Source: Stegostoma tigrinum (taxonomy: Eukaryota). Taken from it: a stretch of 64,000 bases of DNA. Location: contig NC_081397.1 of the NCBI RefSeq assembly GCF_030684315.1, positions 10,192,421-10,256,420 on the forward strand, in the 5' to 3' direction. Below are positions 12,815-24,435 of the stretch, piece by piece; within the stretch, counting starts at the first letter, position 1; each line of letters opens with the position of its first letter. The position numbers and the translations under genes are program-made. The notes under the pieces were generated by a model, which saw nothing but the letters and a program-made list of their open reading frames with translations, was not told the DNA's origin and did not search any database.

Positions 12815-13499
12815 CTCTCTCGGCAGAAACTCTCCAATTCCTCTGCAATTCCGCATCTCAGAGAGCCAGGCTCGATCGTTCCTGACCCTGACACGGGAAG
12901 GTTTGCGGCCGAAGCGTTTTCACTCGAATTGACGGCTCCGTTCTCGAGTTAAACGCATTTTGCTGCTGCACTCATCGCGCTCTCTGAGCTGAGCGCTGGC
13001 ATTATCATCACTTTCAGACTGAAATCTTAAAATTAACAATTACACAGCTTTGAATTCTAGCTTTGGGGTTTAGTGGGGGAGCAGGAGGATAACTTGAATT
13101 GAAATTATTTTCGATCTGATTAAGAGAAATTCGGAAATATCATGATATGAGCGGACAGACAAGCACAGTTACGTGTGCCTAACCCGCCCGCCCTTTTCGC
13201 ACTGTCTCTCTGATTCAATATTCACATCCACACAGTCACATGCCAGAAATATCGCCAAATGTAAATGTGGAAGGATATATTTTCTTTTCCTTTCAGCTTT
13301 TGCTCCGACATCCAGGGAGTTAGTTGCAGTTTTTCTCCTCAGTAAGTGTTAAACTCTCTGAGGACTGTGCGCCGGAGATTCGCTCTTCTCCAGATTCAGC
13401 TCCAAAAGTCAATCATCTGGTTTGAACTTATATTGATCACCCAGATCAGTATTTTTAATTTCGCTGACAATACTCAACATCGGTTCTGGGAATAAACAG

Positions 13500-15900
13500 A
13501 AATAGAAACATAAATAATGTCAACTGGACCTAACCAATCAGCCCTTCAAACCAAGATAACAAATTGTGAAGCTGGATGAACACAGCAGGCCAAGCAGCAT
13601 CTCAGCAGCACAAAAGCTGACGTTTCGGGCCTAGACCCTTCATCAGACAGCTCCTTCAAACCTCCCCTCCAACTCATCATGAGAATGGCAGATCATCCAA
13701 CTCAATAGCCTGTGCCCGTTTTTCTCTCACATGGAGACATTCAACAAGGATGCATAACCTTCAGTCCGACCATAACATGGCGAATATAATGCCAGACTGA
13801 ACTAATTCCACCGATCTGTCCTTGGCCTATTTCCTTTCTTATTTATGTACTTATCCAAATGTCGTTTTAATGTTATAGTTGTAGGCATAGAGACGATTTC
13901 GTCAGGAGCTTCATTCCACATGCGCCCATGCTCTGTTCAAAAACAAAACGCAAGTGTCTTTTTAAAAATTTCTCTCCCGTCACATGAAAAATGTTCGCCC
14001 TAGTCTTCAATTCCTCCCCAGCCGCCACCCACAACTCAGGAAAAGGACAACGTCAGTCAACACTGTCTCATCCCCTCATTATTTTAAACACTTCTATAAG
14101 GTGACCTCTCAACCTCAATGTGACTACCCACCTCATAATCTCAAAGGACTGTGCAATGAAGGTAAGCATGCCTTCATAAACAACCCGTTTAGAAGTGATG
14201 CAGACTTCAACAGGATAGGTCCTACAACACTACCAAGGACCTACCATTAATCATTCAAGGCCTACTTCTGTAAGTTGCTCCAAAATGCAAAATGTTGCAT
14301 TCATCCAGATTGAATTCTATCTGTCATTTTGCAGCCCATCGAGGTAAAGGATCGAGATCCATTTGATATCTTAGGACTCATTCTCCTCTGAATACTATGC
14401 TGCTGAGTTTGTTATCATCTACAAACGTGTTTGCCATGACTTCTCTCTTCTCATTCATATCATTTATATAATGACAAGCGAAAGAGGACTCAGTCCCAAT
14501 CCCTGGGGAACACCTCTGGATGACAGGCCTACAGTCGAAAAAACAACCCTCCATCTTCACTCTCTGTCACTTGCCATTCAGCCAATTATACCTTGCTTCC
14601 CTTTGGCCACAAGTGCTACACCTGCACCATACTGAACTCATATAATGTGTTGAACGTGGCTGATTTCTGTGGCAGGGAATTTCACAAGATCACCACTTTC
14701 TGAATTAAGTAGACTCTCGGCTTCTCAGTCATGAAAGGGTTATCCTTTCTCCTAAAAATATGACTCCTACCAACAGGAATATTTTTCTGCATTTACACTT
14801 TCTCGGTCTGACAGTGTCTTACAGATTTCTAAGAGAATCCCTCATTCTTCTAACTTTCAGCACATATATTCACAACTAATTCAACCTCTCCTTCCATCCC
14901 AGCAATCTGCCTGTTAAAATTACCTTCACAGCAACACCATCCTTCCTCAGTAAGGAGGCCAAATCTGCTCTCAGTATTCTATGTGTTGCCTCACAGATGC
15001 CCTGATAAATTGTCACAATTCACTGTTTCTCCTGTACTCAAATTCACTTTCCACAAAGGCCAACATGCCTCTCGCCTTCCTCATTGCCTGGTGCATCTGC
15101 ATGCTTACTTTCAGTGATTAGCGTAGGAGACACCCGGGTCTTGTTACAAATATCTAAATTACTGTGAACATGTTGTGAAGACGTTTGATCCTAAAACTGA
15201 TTCTTGTCATTGAGGGAAAAAAAAATCATTTCTTCCCTCTCCATATCTCTTGTTATCCAGCTAGAGTTTTTTTTTGAATCATTCTGAATGCTTTGCACCA
15301 ATCACAGTTCCTTGGTGTTAACACGATAACATCTTTTGTGGGATTTTGTTAAAAAAGCTTTTTGGTAAATTAAAATGAACAGCTCTGCTTTAACATCCCT
15401 AATCCAGTAGATTAATCAGGCTGGGAACATTGAATAGTACAGCAGAGGAACAGTTCTTTCAAATCCATGCTGACTCTGTCTGATCCTGACATTTCATTCC
15501 AATTATCTGCATTTTTTTCCTGCAGGCTGAATGGTCTAAAATTACAAGTTTTACCTCAACACTCCCTTTACAAATAGATTGTTGACATTAGCTACCCTCC
15601 AATCTTTGGAAATTATTGTAGCACCTATGAAGGTTTGGAACATCATCACCAATATGGCCACTAAGAGCTCTGGCACATAAGTTATCAGTCCCCGGTACTT
15701 CCAAGCCTTCAGTACTACCAATTTTCCCAACACAATTTACTGAATAATACTGGCTTGATTCAGAGTCTCCCTCTCACTAAACTCTGTTTTCCACAACATT
15801 CCTGACGTGTTATGTGTGTCACCCTGTGTGAACATAGAACAACAGTAAGTAGTCAGTTGGATAGCCATTTTTTTTATTCCTCACAATGGACTCCCCTCTT
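13500..15900 (-). mobile_element. Decayed CR1-clade LINE fragments
   Basis: Minus-strand remnants YINDM..FVDDNKL and SKDWRVANV..LF.KG; short PLE insert at ~13552-13648. Confidence 0.7.
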
Positions 15901-16299
15901 TTTGATTGTAAGTGATGTGCATTTGTGTTTACCAACCTAGATTTATTTCCATTCTCCTTTTACATATTTATCAAGACATTAACAGTTATTTTTTTAAAGA
16001 TTTCTGCAATTGTAAAAAACTTTTCCTCATTTTCTCATTCATAATCAATGCATTTGTTTGTTCCTTCATTCCAGATTTTGAAATGTTCCCCAAGTTCAGG
16101 GACTTTTATTTTCTTTCAAGTCCATTTTCTTCTCCATTTGTACGCCTCCACCGTGGATCAAAAACGGTGTTAAATTGCCCTCTGAAAAGACAGTTTTGTA
16201 AACTGTAAAAAGAGCACCTTCCATACTCACGAATACATCAGTATAAAGAATTTGGGCGGCTGATGTTTAGGAACACTGGGCAAGATCGAGGGCAAGTTC

Positions 16300-16540
16300 T
16301 CCTCCAAGCCACCCACTATACTAACTTAGAAATATATCCCCTTTGCTTCACTGTCGTTGGATCAAGACCCTGGAACTCCCTACTAACGGCAATGTGAGCA
16401 GTACACGGACGACAATTGTTCTGGAAGGCGGCTCGGCAGCACCTTCTCGGGGCGGGGGGGTGGCGCGGGGGGCGACTCGGGACGGGCAAACAATTTCGGC
16501 CCAGCCAGCGACATCCACGTCCCAGGAGTGAGTAAACAAG
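16300..16540 (+). mobile_element. LINE (L2-like) 3' tail fragment
   Basis: Similar to 45540-45745 and to the tail of the SINE at 19560; family assignment from recall. Confidence 0.5.
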
Positions 16541-17110
16541 AACATTTAGGGTCTGTGGTTGAGGTATCCCTTTCATCAGAAGGTTTCTGTCTGCAGCATA
16601 CAAAATCAGTCATCTATTCGAAACTGGTATTTGCATCTGGAGGCATTCAGATATGATATTGAAAAACTTTCGTTCGTGTGTAACTTCAGCAGGGTCCACC
16701 TGACCCATAAATAGTGACATTACCCCTGCGCCGCAAGACTCCATCCAACAGTTGTATTCTGCCTTCCTTCAAATGTCCCATTTATTCCATCGCTCTGTAT
16801 GTTAGTTTGACAGAGTTAAAATGAGGCGAAGGTCAGCAGGAATGAAAACTGCAGTTGACATGAGATCCGACGTGATGTTATAGAATGGTGAAGCGCATTA
16901 AATGAATGGAATGGCCGTCAGCATCAGTGCTTCCCCATCAGATTGTAAGAGAGCCGGAGGGAGGCAGTTATTAACATGATCCGGAATAATCTCCATTGAA
17001 GGTTCAGAAAGAGCCAAAGCCCCAGCTTGAAATGTTCCCTGCCCTTTCCCCAACAGCCCCACTTGCTTTGCTCACACTGGGAGTAAAGGGAATTACGGAA
17101 AAGACCATTG

Positions 17111-17323
17111 GATAACAAGGTTTGGAGCTGGATGAACACAGCAGGCCCAGCAGCATCAGAGGAGCAGGAAGGAGGATGTTTCGGGCCGGGAGTCTTTTCT
17201 GAAGAAGGGCCGAGGACCGAAAGGTCAGCCTCCCTGATCTTCTGACGCTGCTGGGCCTGCCGTGTTTATCCAGCTCTAACCTTATTGTCTCAGATTCTCC
17301 AGCATCTGCAGTTCCTACTGTCA
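17111..17323. mobile_element. Older fold-back Penelope terminal element
   Basis: gagctggatgaacacagcaggcccagcagc followed by its reverse complement ~100 bp later. Confidence 0.75.
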
Positions 17324-17366
17324 ATGACCAATTGATGTTTGTTTATGGGAATCTTTGTGAAAAGCA

Positions 17367-17490
17367 GCGCATGCGCGATAATTTTTCACTCCCCCGCCCC
17401 AAAACAACCAAAAAAGAGGCATGTTGTGACTGGAGGAGCGCATGCGTGAGGCCCTCCACCAGCGCTGCCATTGAGTTGCATTGACTCAGT
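17367..17490 (+). promoter_or_regulatory. CpG-rich promoter with NRF1-type motifs
   Basis: GCGCATGCGC 17367-17376 and GCGCATGCGT 17438-17447; TGACTCA 17482-17488. The second motif recurs at 46409-46418. Confidence 0.65.
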
Positions 17491-17522
17491 GAGTGGAAGC
17501 GGTTTGTTTGAAACAGGCCGCG

Positions 17523-17586
17523 ATGGAGAGACCAGCGCCCAGGGAAGCGAGGGAACAGCAGGCTCCTTCCAGCAGCGCATCGAGAT
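17523..17586 (+). other. Putative first coding exon of an unidentified gene (MERPAPREAREQQAPSSSASR, phase 1)
   Basis: Kozak GCCGCGATGG, open 21 codons, consensus donor GTGAGT at 17587; near-identical copy in unit 2. Confidence 0.55.
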
Positions 17587-17958
17587 GTGAGTCTGGGACA
17601 CAGAGGGGGCTCCGAGACCGGCATTGATTCGGGCTCAGTTCAGGGAGAACCGGGGACTGTAGGTAAGAGGCCGAGCGGAGCAGGAACTGGTCCCGGAACT
17701 TGGAGTGAGCGGCCTGGGGGCGGGGAGAGAGAGGCCTTTCTCGGGCTGTGTGTGGTCCTGCGGAGGGAGACACAGCGGCAAGAAGCTGCTGCTGGGGGTC
17801 AGGCTTGCGATATTTAATTCTCCGAACGCTGATGGTAATTCCTCGTTTAGCTTCTGTTTCACGTTGTTTGTTGCGAATTGGCATTGAATCGTAAAGAAGT
17901 CACAGTACAGACAAATGTGTTAATCATGTAAAGGATAAACGCAGCACTCGTAGTGTGT

Positions 17959-18663
17959 GAGAGATAATGGGAACTGCAGATGCTGGAGATTCCAAGATAA
18001 TAAAATGTGAGGCTGGATGAACACAGCAGGCCAAGCAGCATCTCAGGAGCACAAAAGCTGACGTTTCGGGCCTAGACCCTTCATCAGAGAGGGGGATGGG
18101 GGGAGGGAACTGGAATAAATAGGGAGAGAGGGGGAGGCGGACCGAAGATGGAGAGTAAAGAAGATAGGTGGAGAGGGTGTAGGTGGGGAGGTAGGGAGGG
18201 GATAGGTCAGTCCAGGGAAGACGGACAGGTCAAGGAGGTGGGATGAGGTTCGTAGGTAGCTGGGGGTGCGGCTTGGGGTGGGAGGAAGGGATGGGTGAGA
18301 GGAAGAACCGGTTAGGGAGGCAGAGACAGGTTGGACTGGTTTTGGGATGCAGTGGGTGGGGGGGAAGAGCTGGGCTGGTTGTGTGGTGCAGTGGGGGGAG
18401 GGGATGAACTGGGCTGGTTTAGGGATGCAGTGGGGGAAGGGGAGATTTTGAAACTGGTGAAGTCCACATTGATACCATATGGCTGCAGGGTTCCCAGGCG
18501 GAATATGAGTTGCTGTTCCTGCAACCTTCGGGTGGCATCATTGTGGCAGTGCAGGAGGCCCATGATGGACATGTCGTCAAGAGAATGGGAGGGGGAGTGG
18601 AAATGGTTTGCGACTGGGAGGTGCAGTTGTTTGTTGCGAACTGAGCGGAGGTGTTCTGCACCT
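17959..18663 (-). mobile_element. Penelope-like element 3' fragment; 15-bp TSD
   Basis: Matches the 3' end of the 22.5-24.4 kb element; GCACTCGTAGTGTGT at 17944-17958 and 18664-18678. Confidence 0.9.
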
Positions 18664-18976
18664 GCACTCGTAGTGTGTTTCGTTTTAAATAGTGTCTGTT
18701 GTCCTTCCTTTAAATGGGTAGTGTATTGGGAGCTGGGTATTGAACTGTGTAAGCATTCAATTCATTGCATCTTAATAAATTGTTTCAGAATTTCGCATAA
18801 AGAAAGAGACGAGGAGGAGCTCAGGTAAATTATGGAGCCAGCCTCTTCTCTGTTTGAATTGTTGGCTTTAAAACAACGAAGTGTTATGAGTATTAATTCA
18901 ATTTTGCCTTGATCAGTTTTAATATTTGCAAACTCGTTGGATGTTGATTTACAGGAGAATTCTGTTCTTCCTCCAG

Positions 18977-19055
18977 GCAAATACTTGATGGGCCAAGGCA
19001 ATTTCATATTTACTTGGTACAGCATGTGTGACCAGCTGCTCCAACCAAACAGCAG
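18977..19055 (+). other. Putative internal exon (79 nt) KYLMGQGNFIFTWYSMCDQLLQPNS
   Basis: Pyrimidine tract ttcttcctccAG acceptor and CAG|GTATGT donor; in frame with exon 1. Confidence 0.55.
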
Positions 19056-19559
19056 GTATGTTAGCACTGTCAGAGTGGAGAATTTACTTTCCACAGTCAT
19101 AGGGGTAAGACTTGCATTGAGCTCAAATTCCAGATATCTACATTCAATCCAAGGGCCAAACAACATCAACAAAACCCAGTGCAATTCCAGTAAAGTTCGT
19201 CTTTGAAAGCCCATTGCCATTTTTAGCATTTGAAGAGGGATTAATTGAATCTTCATCACAAATATATGCTCACTAACTGCATTGAATGCTTGGTGAGGAA
19301 GGGCATTTTTAAAGTTACAGTCAAGGTATATAAATAGATCAAGTTGTCACTGTTACAATATAACCATGTATGGAGTGGATATTGGGTACAGACATGGAAG
19401 GAAACTTTAGATGTTATCAGTGACTAAGGAAGACAATTAATAAACAGAAGATTCTGGAAAAGCACAGCAGGTCTGGCAGCATCTGTGATGAGAAATCAGA
19501 GTTAACGTTTCAGGCCTGGTATGCTTCCTCAGTTCTGAACAAAGGCCACCAGATCTGGG

Positions 19560-19915
19560 AGGCATTGACTTAGTGGTCGTATCACTGGACTGTTAATGCA
19601 GAGACCAGACAACATTCTGGGGACATGGCTTCAATCACTGCCACAGCAGATGGTGGAATTTGAATTAAAAAAACATCTGGAATTAAGAATGTAATGATGA
19701 CAATGAATCCATTGTCTGTTGTCAGGAAAAAGAATCCATCTGGCTCACTTGTGTCCTTGAGCGAAGGAAACTGGCATGCTTACCTGGTCTGGCCTACGTG
19801 TGACTCCAGACCCACAGCAATGAGGTTGACTCTGAACTGCTCTCTGGGCAATTAGGTGCAGGCAATAAATGCAAGCCGAGTCAGCAACACCATCATGCTG
19901 TGAATGAATAAAAAA
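19560..19915 (+). mobile_element. SacSINE1-like (Deu-domain) SINE
   Basis: tRNA-like head (tagtgg..tatcactggact), core ttacctggtctggcctacgtgtgactccagacccacagcaatg, tail gaatgaataaaaaa; recognised from memory. Confidence 0.6.
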
Positions 19916-20760
19916 TTAGAGGTGTTACTATTAGAAGAGAAGATGTTATTCTGACACAAAAGGGAGCATTTGCATAAACAACTGCAAGAAGGTTTGTGCG
20001 AGACTGTTTGAAGATTTGGAACAAACATTGAAGGGGACGGTAAACTCCTGCAATAACAAACAGATGAACTAATGGGATTATGGCTCACATAAGTACCAGA
20101 GGATCAAACACGTTCATTCAATTACAGTTATAATTAATTCCAATCTCATTAATGAATGGAAGTTGTCCCTTTAGGTGAACAGAGTCAGTTCGGGAAAGTG
20201 ACGTGAATGATCCCAGATGACAGTCAGCCTAGAATTTCATAAAAACTGCAGAAAAAAAACATATGAAGCAATTCGTTGTTTCTTTGAAATTATTCATGGT
20301 ATTAAGAAATACTTTTATTTAAAGATTCTTCATATAATTATGTTGAAATCTCGAAATATATGTACTTAATAAAATACAAAGATCACTAAAAGCATTAGGG
20401 AAAAAGCTTCATATGGAGATATTAATTAGTCTCCGGAGGCTTTCCTGTATCACAAAAGGAATACTTAGTGCACCTTGTTAAGGTGAATAATTAGTTCATG
20501 CCATTGCATAGTTACACCAACCATATGTGAGGTAGGTAATGAGTACAGATATGGGTGGAAACATTCACATCAGTAACTGAGCAGGGACAGTCTTGATCGT
20601 TTGCCCAACACATGTCCCAGGCAGAGACAGAACAATTAAGTAACATGACTTTTAAATGCCCATGTCCTGTGCCAACACCTGACAGAGAATGCTACTGAGT
20701 GCACGTGATTTTTCGCTGTCACAATCTCGTGCTCGCATGAACATAAACAACACACTCTCA

Positions 20761-20762
<2 letters not shown>

Positions 20763-20797
<35 letters not shown>
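20763..20797. repeat. (CA)n microsatellite
   Basis: About 17 perfect AC units. Confidence 0.95.
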
Positions 20798-20799
<2 letters not shown>

Positions 20800-22541
20800 T
20801 TTACAATGAGTTGCAAATACCTGCACAATCCCAACACGTGCTACAACATGTAACAGCCATGAAAATCACATACACTGCAAGCCTCAGAACATGTAACATT
20901 CAAAATGATTTCTTGTCATGGATTTCAGATCAGAGAGCTAGCTTTTCATGATAAGAGATAAACAGAACAGAATTTGAGCTAAGGAGTCCAATTCCCATGC
21001 ATTTAAATCCATGGTAATTGCTGTGATCATAAACTAAATATCATTTGGTCGCTCCATCAGAGAAAAAAAAGCTGTTGACTTTTCTAGCAGAATTCTCATG
21101 AACTGTTCCAATAAATTGAAGAGGATATTGTATGGTGAACTTTCAAAGAAAATGAATATTAAACTCTGAGCACATTTAGACAAGACAGTGACCAATCCCA
21201 GAATAAAATTTCAACTGTACCACAGCCTGAATATTGTGGAATATCCTCAGCCCTCAGGCACTCTGCCAGAGACATTCAATGCTAAAAGCTCTAACAGTTT
21301 CATTTCTAGCACTTTACACATTTGGCAACAAGTAAAATCTGATTTGTGTTGTGGAGCAGATACTTGAACATCAAAGAAAACCTGCAACTTCTAAAAGTAG
21401 AATATTTGATTGAAACTGACAGTCACAGGTTGAGAACTTCACTTGCACATTCACACAGCAGAAACTTGACAGGGAGAGAATGACAAGTGCATTCACACAT
21501 TCACTAATCAGATAGCGACAGGAAGAGGTTAATAACTAGTCACTCAGATTTACAGAGCAGGATCTGACTGGGACAAGTGGGTAAATACACTCTCACAGCC
21601 ATAGGGAAGAAACTGACACGCACATAGTGATAAGTACACTCTCATATTCGCATATCAGAAAATGATCAGGACAGAATTATAATTGGACACATTCAGACCA
21701 CAAAAAACTGGGAAAAATTGAGAAATGCATGCACACGTTATAGAAGGAAAAAGCATAAACATTGAGAGACTGATAGCGACACTTGGATATTCATAGATGA
21801 ATTTGACAGGCATATTTTCGTAACACGTAATTGGACTGCTTGCTGAGCTGGTTCATTACCTTGCAAACATTTCATTGCAGCTTCCGATGATATTACCCAT
21901 CAGGGTCATGAAACATCTGCAAATGAATGAACCAGCTCGGCAAGCGAACCAACCACAGTATCCACGACCTAACCTACAAATATACTCAGGAACCTTAGAC
22001 ATATTCATAATACAGTCCCGCATTCACGAGGCAGGAAGTGATGGCTGCAGATTGATGACTAAACACACATATTACTGAGCAGAAACTGAGAGGGACAGAT
22101 TAATGATCATATTCACATCTTCACGTGAAAGCTCTGGCAGGTACAGATTAATTACTGCAGACAATTATTCACAAAACCAAAGCTGACAGGTACAAATGAA
22201 AAACAGTGTTCACACATTCCCTAAGTAGAAACTGACAGGTATTTTTTGATAACTGAAGCACATATTCACAGAGCAGAAACTATCAGGGATAGAATAATAA
22301 TTGCACAAACACGTTTGAATATTCTCATTACAGACACTGACAGGGACAGAATGATAAATGCATTCGTTCACATAGCTTAAACTGATGGGGAGAGAATGAT
22401 AAATGCTTTCACGCATTCATAAAGCAGAAACGGGTAGAGATCAGTAACTCCACTGTCAGATATACAGGAGAAACTGAAAGTGACAGATTAGTAAATATGC
22501 TCAAGCCAGCACATAGCAGAAACTGACTGGAACCATGATGA

Positions 22542-24435
22542 GAGATAATGGGAACTGCAGATGCTGGAGAATTCCAAGATAATAAAATGTGAGGCTGGAT
22601 GAACACAGCAGGCCAAGCAGCATCTCAGGAGCACAAAAGCTGACGTTTCGGGCCTAGACCCTTCATCAGAGAGGGGGATGGGGAGAGGGAACTGGAATAA
22701 ATAGGGAGAGAGGGGGAGGCGGACCGAAGATGGAGAGTAAAGAAGATAGGTGGAGAGAGAGTATAGGTGAGGAGGTAGGGAGGGGATAGGTCAGTCCAGG
22801 GAAGACGGACAGGTCAAGGAGGTGGGATGAGGTTGCTGGGGGTGCGGCTTGGGGTGGGAGGAAGGGATGGGTGAGAGGAAGAGCCGGTTAGGGAGGCAGA
22901 GACAGGTTGGACTGGTTTTGGGATGCAGTGGGTGGGGGGGAAGAGCTGGGCTGGTTGTGTGGTGCAGTGGGGAGAGGGGACGAACTAGGCTGGTTTAGGG
23001 ATGCAGTGGGGGAAGGGGAGATTTTGAAACTGGTGAAGTCCACATTGATACCATATGGCTGCAGGGTCCCCAGGCGGAATATGAGTTGCTGTTCCTGCAA
23101 CCTTTGGGTGGCATCATTGTGGCAGTGCAGGAGGCCCAATACACCTCCTCCCACCCACCCTCCTGCAAAAATTCCATCCCCTACTCCCAATTCCTCCGCC
23201 TCCACCGCATCTGCTCCCATGATCAGACATTCCACTCCCGCACATCCCAGATGTCCAAGTTCTTTAAGGACCGCAACTTTCCCCCCACAGTGATCGAGAA
23301 TGCCCTTGACCGCGTCTCCCGTATTTCCCGCAACACATCCCTCACACCCCGCCCCCGCCACAACCGCCCCAAGAGGATCCCCCTCGTTCTCACACACCAC
23401 CCCACCAACCTCCGGATACAACGCATCATCCTCCGACACTTCCGCCATTTACAATCCGACCCCACCACCCAAGACATTTTTCCATCCCCTCCCCTGTCTG
23501 CTTTCCGGAGAGACCACTCTCTCCGTGACTCCCTTGTTCGGTCCACACTGCCCTCCAAACCCACCACACCCGGCACCTTCCGCTGCAACCGCAGGAAATG
23601 CTACACTTGTCCCCACACCTCCTCCCTCACCCCTATCCCAGACCCCAAGATGACATTGCACATTAAGCAGAGGTTCACCTGCACATCTGCCAATGTGGTA
23701 TATTGCATCCACTGTACCCGGTGCGGCTTCCTCTACATTGGGGAAACCAAGTAGAGACTTGGGGACCGCTTTGCAGAACCTCCGCTCAGTTCGCAACAAA
23801 CAACTGCACCTCCCAGTTGCAAACCATTTCCACTCCCCCTCCCATTCTCTAGATGACATGTCCATCATGGGCCTCCTGCATTGCCACAATGATGCCACCC
23901 GAAGGTTGCAGGAACAGCAACTCATATTCTGCCTGGGAACCCTGCAGCCATATGGTATCAATGTGGACTTCACCAGTTTCAAAATCTCCCCTTCCCCTAC
24001 TGCATCCCTAAACCAGCCTAGTTCGTCGCCTCTCCCCACTGCACCACACAACCAGCCCAGCTCTTCCCCCCCACCCACTGCATCCCAAAACCAGTCCAAC
24101 CTGTCTCTGCCTCCCTAACCGGCTCTTCCTCTCACCCATCCCTTCCTCCCGCCCCAAGCCGCACCCCCAGCTACCTACTAACCTCATCCCACCTCCTTGA
24201 CCTGTCCGTCTTCCCTGGACTGACCTATCCCCTCCCTACCTCCCCACCTACACTCTCTCCACCTATCTTCTTTACTCTCCATCTTCGGTCCGCCTCCCCC
24301 TCTCTCCCTATTTATTCCAGTTCCCTCTCCCCATCCCCTTCTCTGATGAAGGGTCTAGGCCCGAAACGTCAGCTTTTGTGCTCCTGAGATGCTGCTTGGC
24401 CTGCTGTGTTCATCCAGCCTCACATTTTATTATCT
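22542..24435 (+). mobile_element. Penelope-like element (Neptune-like), 5'-truncated with inverted 3'-end copy; 14-bp TSD
   Basis: ORF 23086-23754 has the RT-thumb SIPYSQFLRLHRICS, a C..C..C linker and GIY-YIG NVVYCIHCTRCGFLYIGETK. 22542-~23137 is the reverse complement of the 3' end. TGGAACCATGATGA at 22528-22541 and 24436-24449. Confidence 0.92.
24343..24372 (+). ncRNA. Minimal hammerhead-like motif (Neptune-like family)
   Basis: CTGATGA-a-gggt/ctag/gccc-GAAA-CGTC-ag. Further copies at 11005(+), and at 2665-2692, 13619-13646, 18060-18087, 22642-22669 and 40957-40984 (-). Confidence 0.65.

Noticed and set aside
18762-19259. 165-aa minus-strand ORF
   Set aside because: No recognisable motif, non-ATG start, not evident in paralogous regions; splice signals favour the plus strand.
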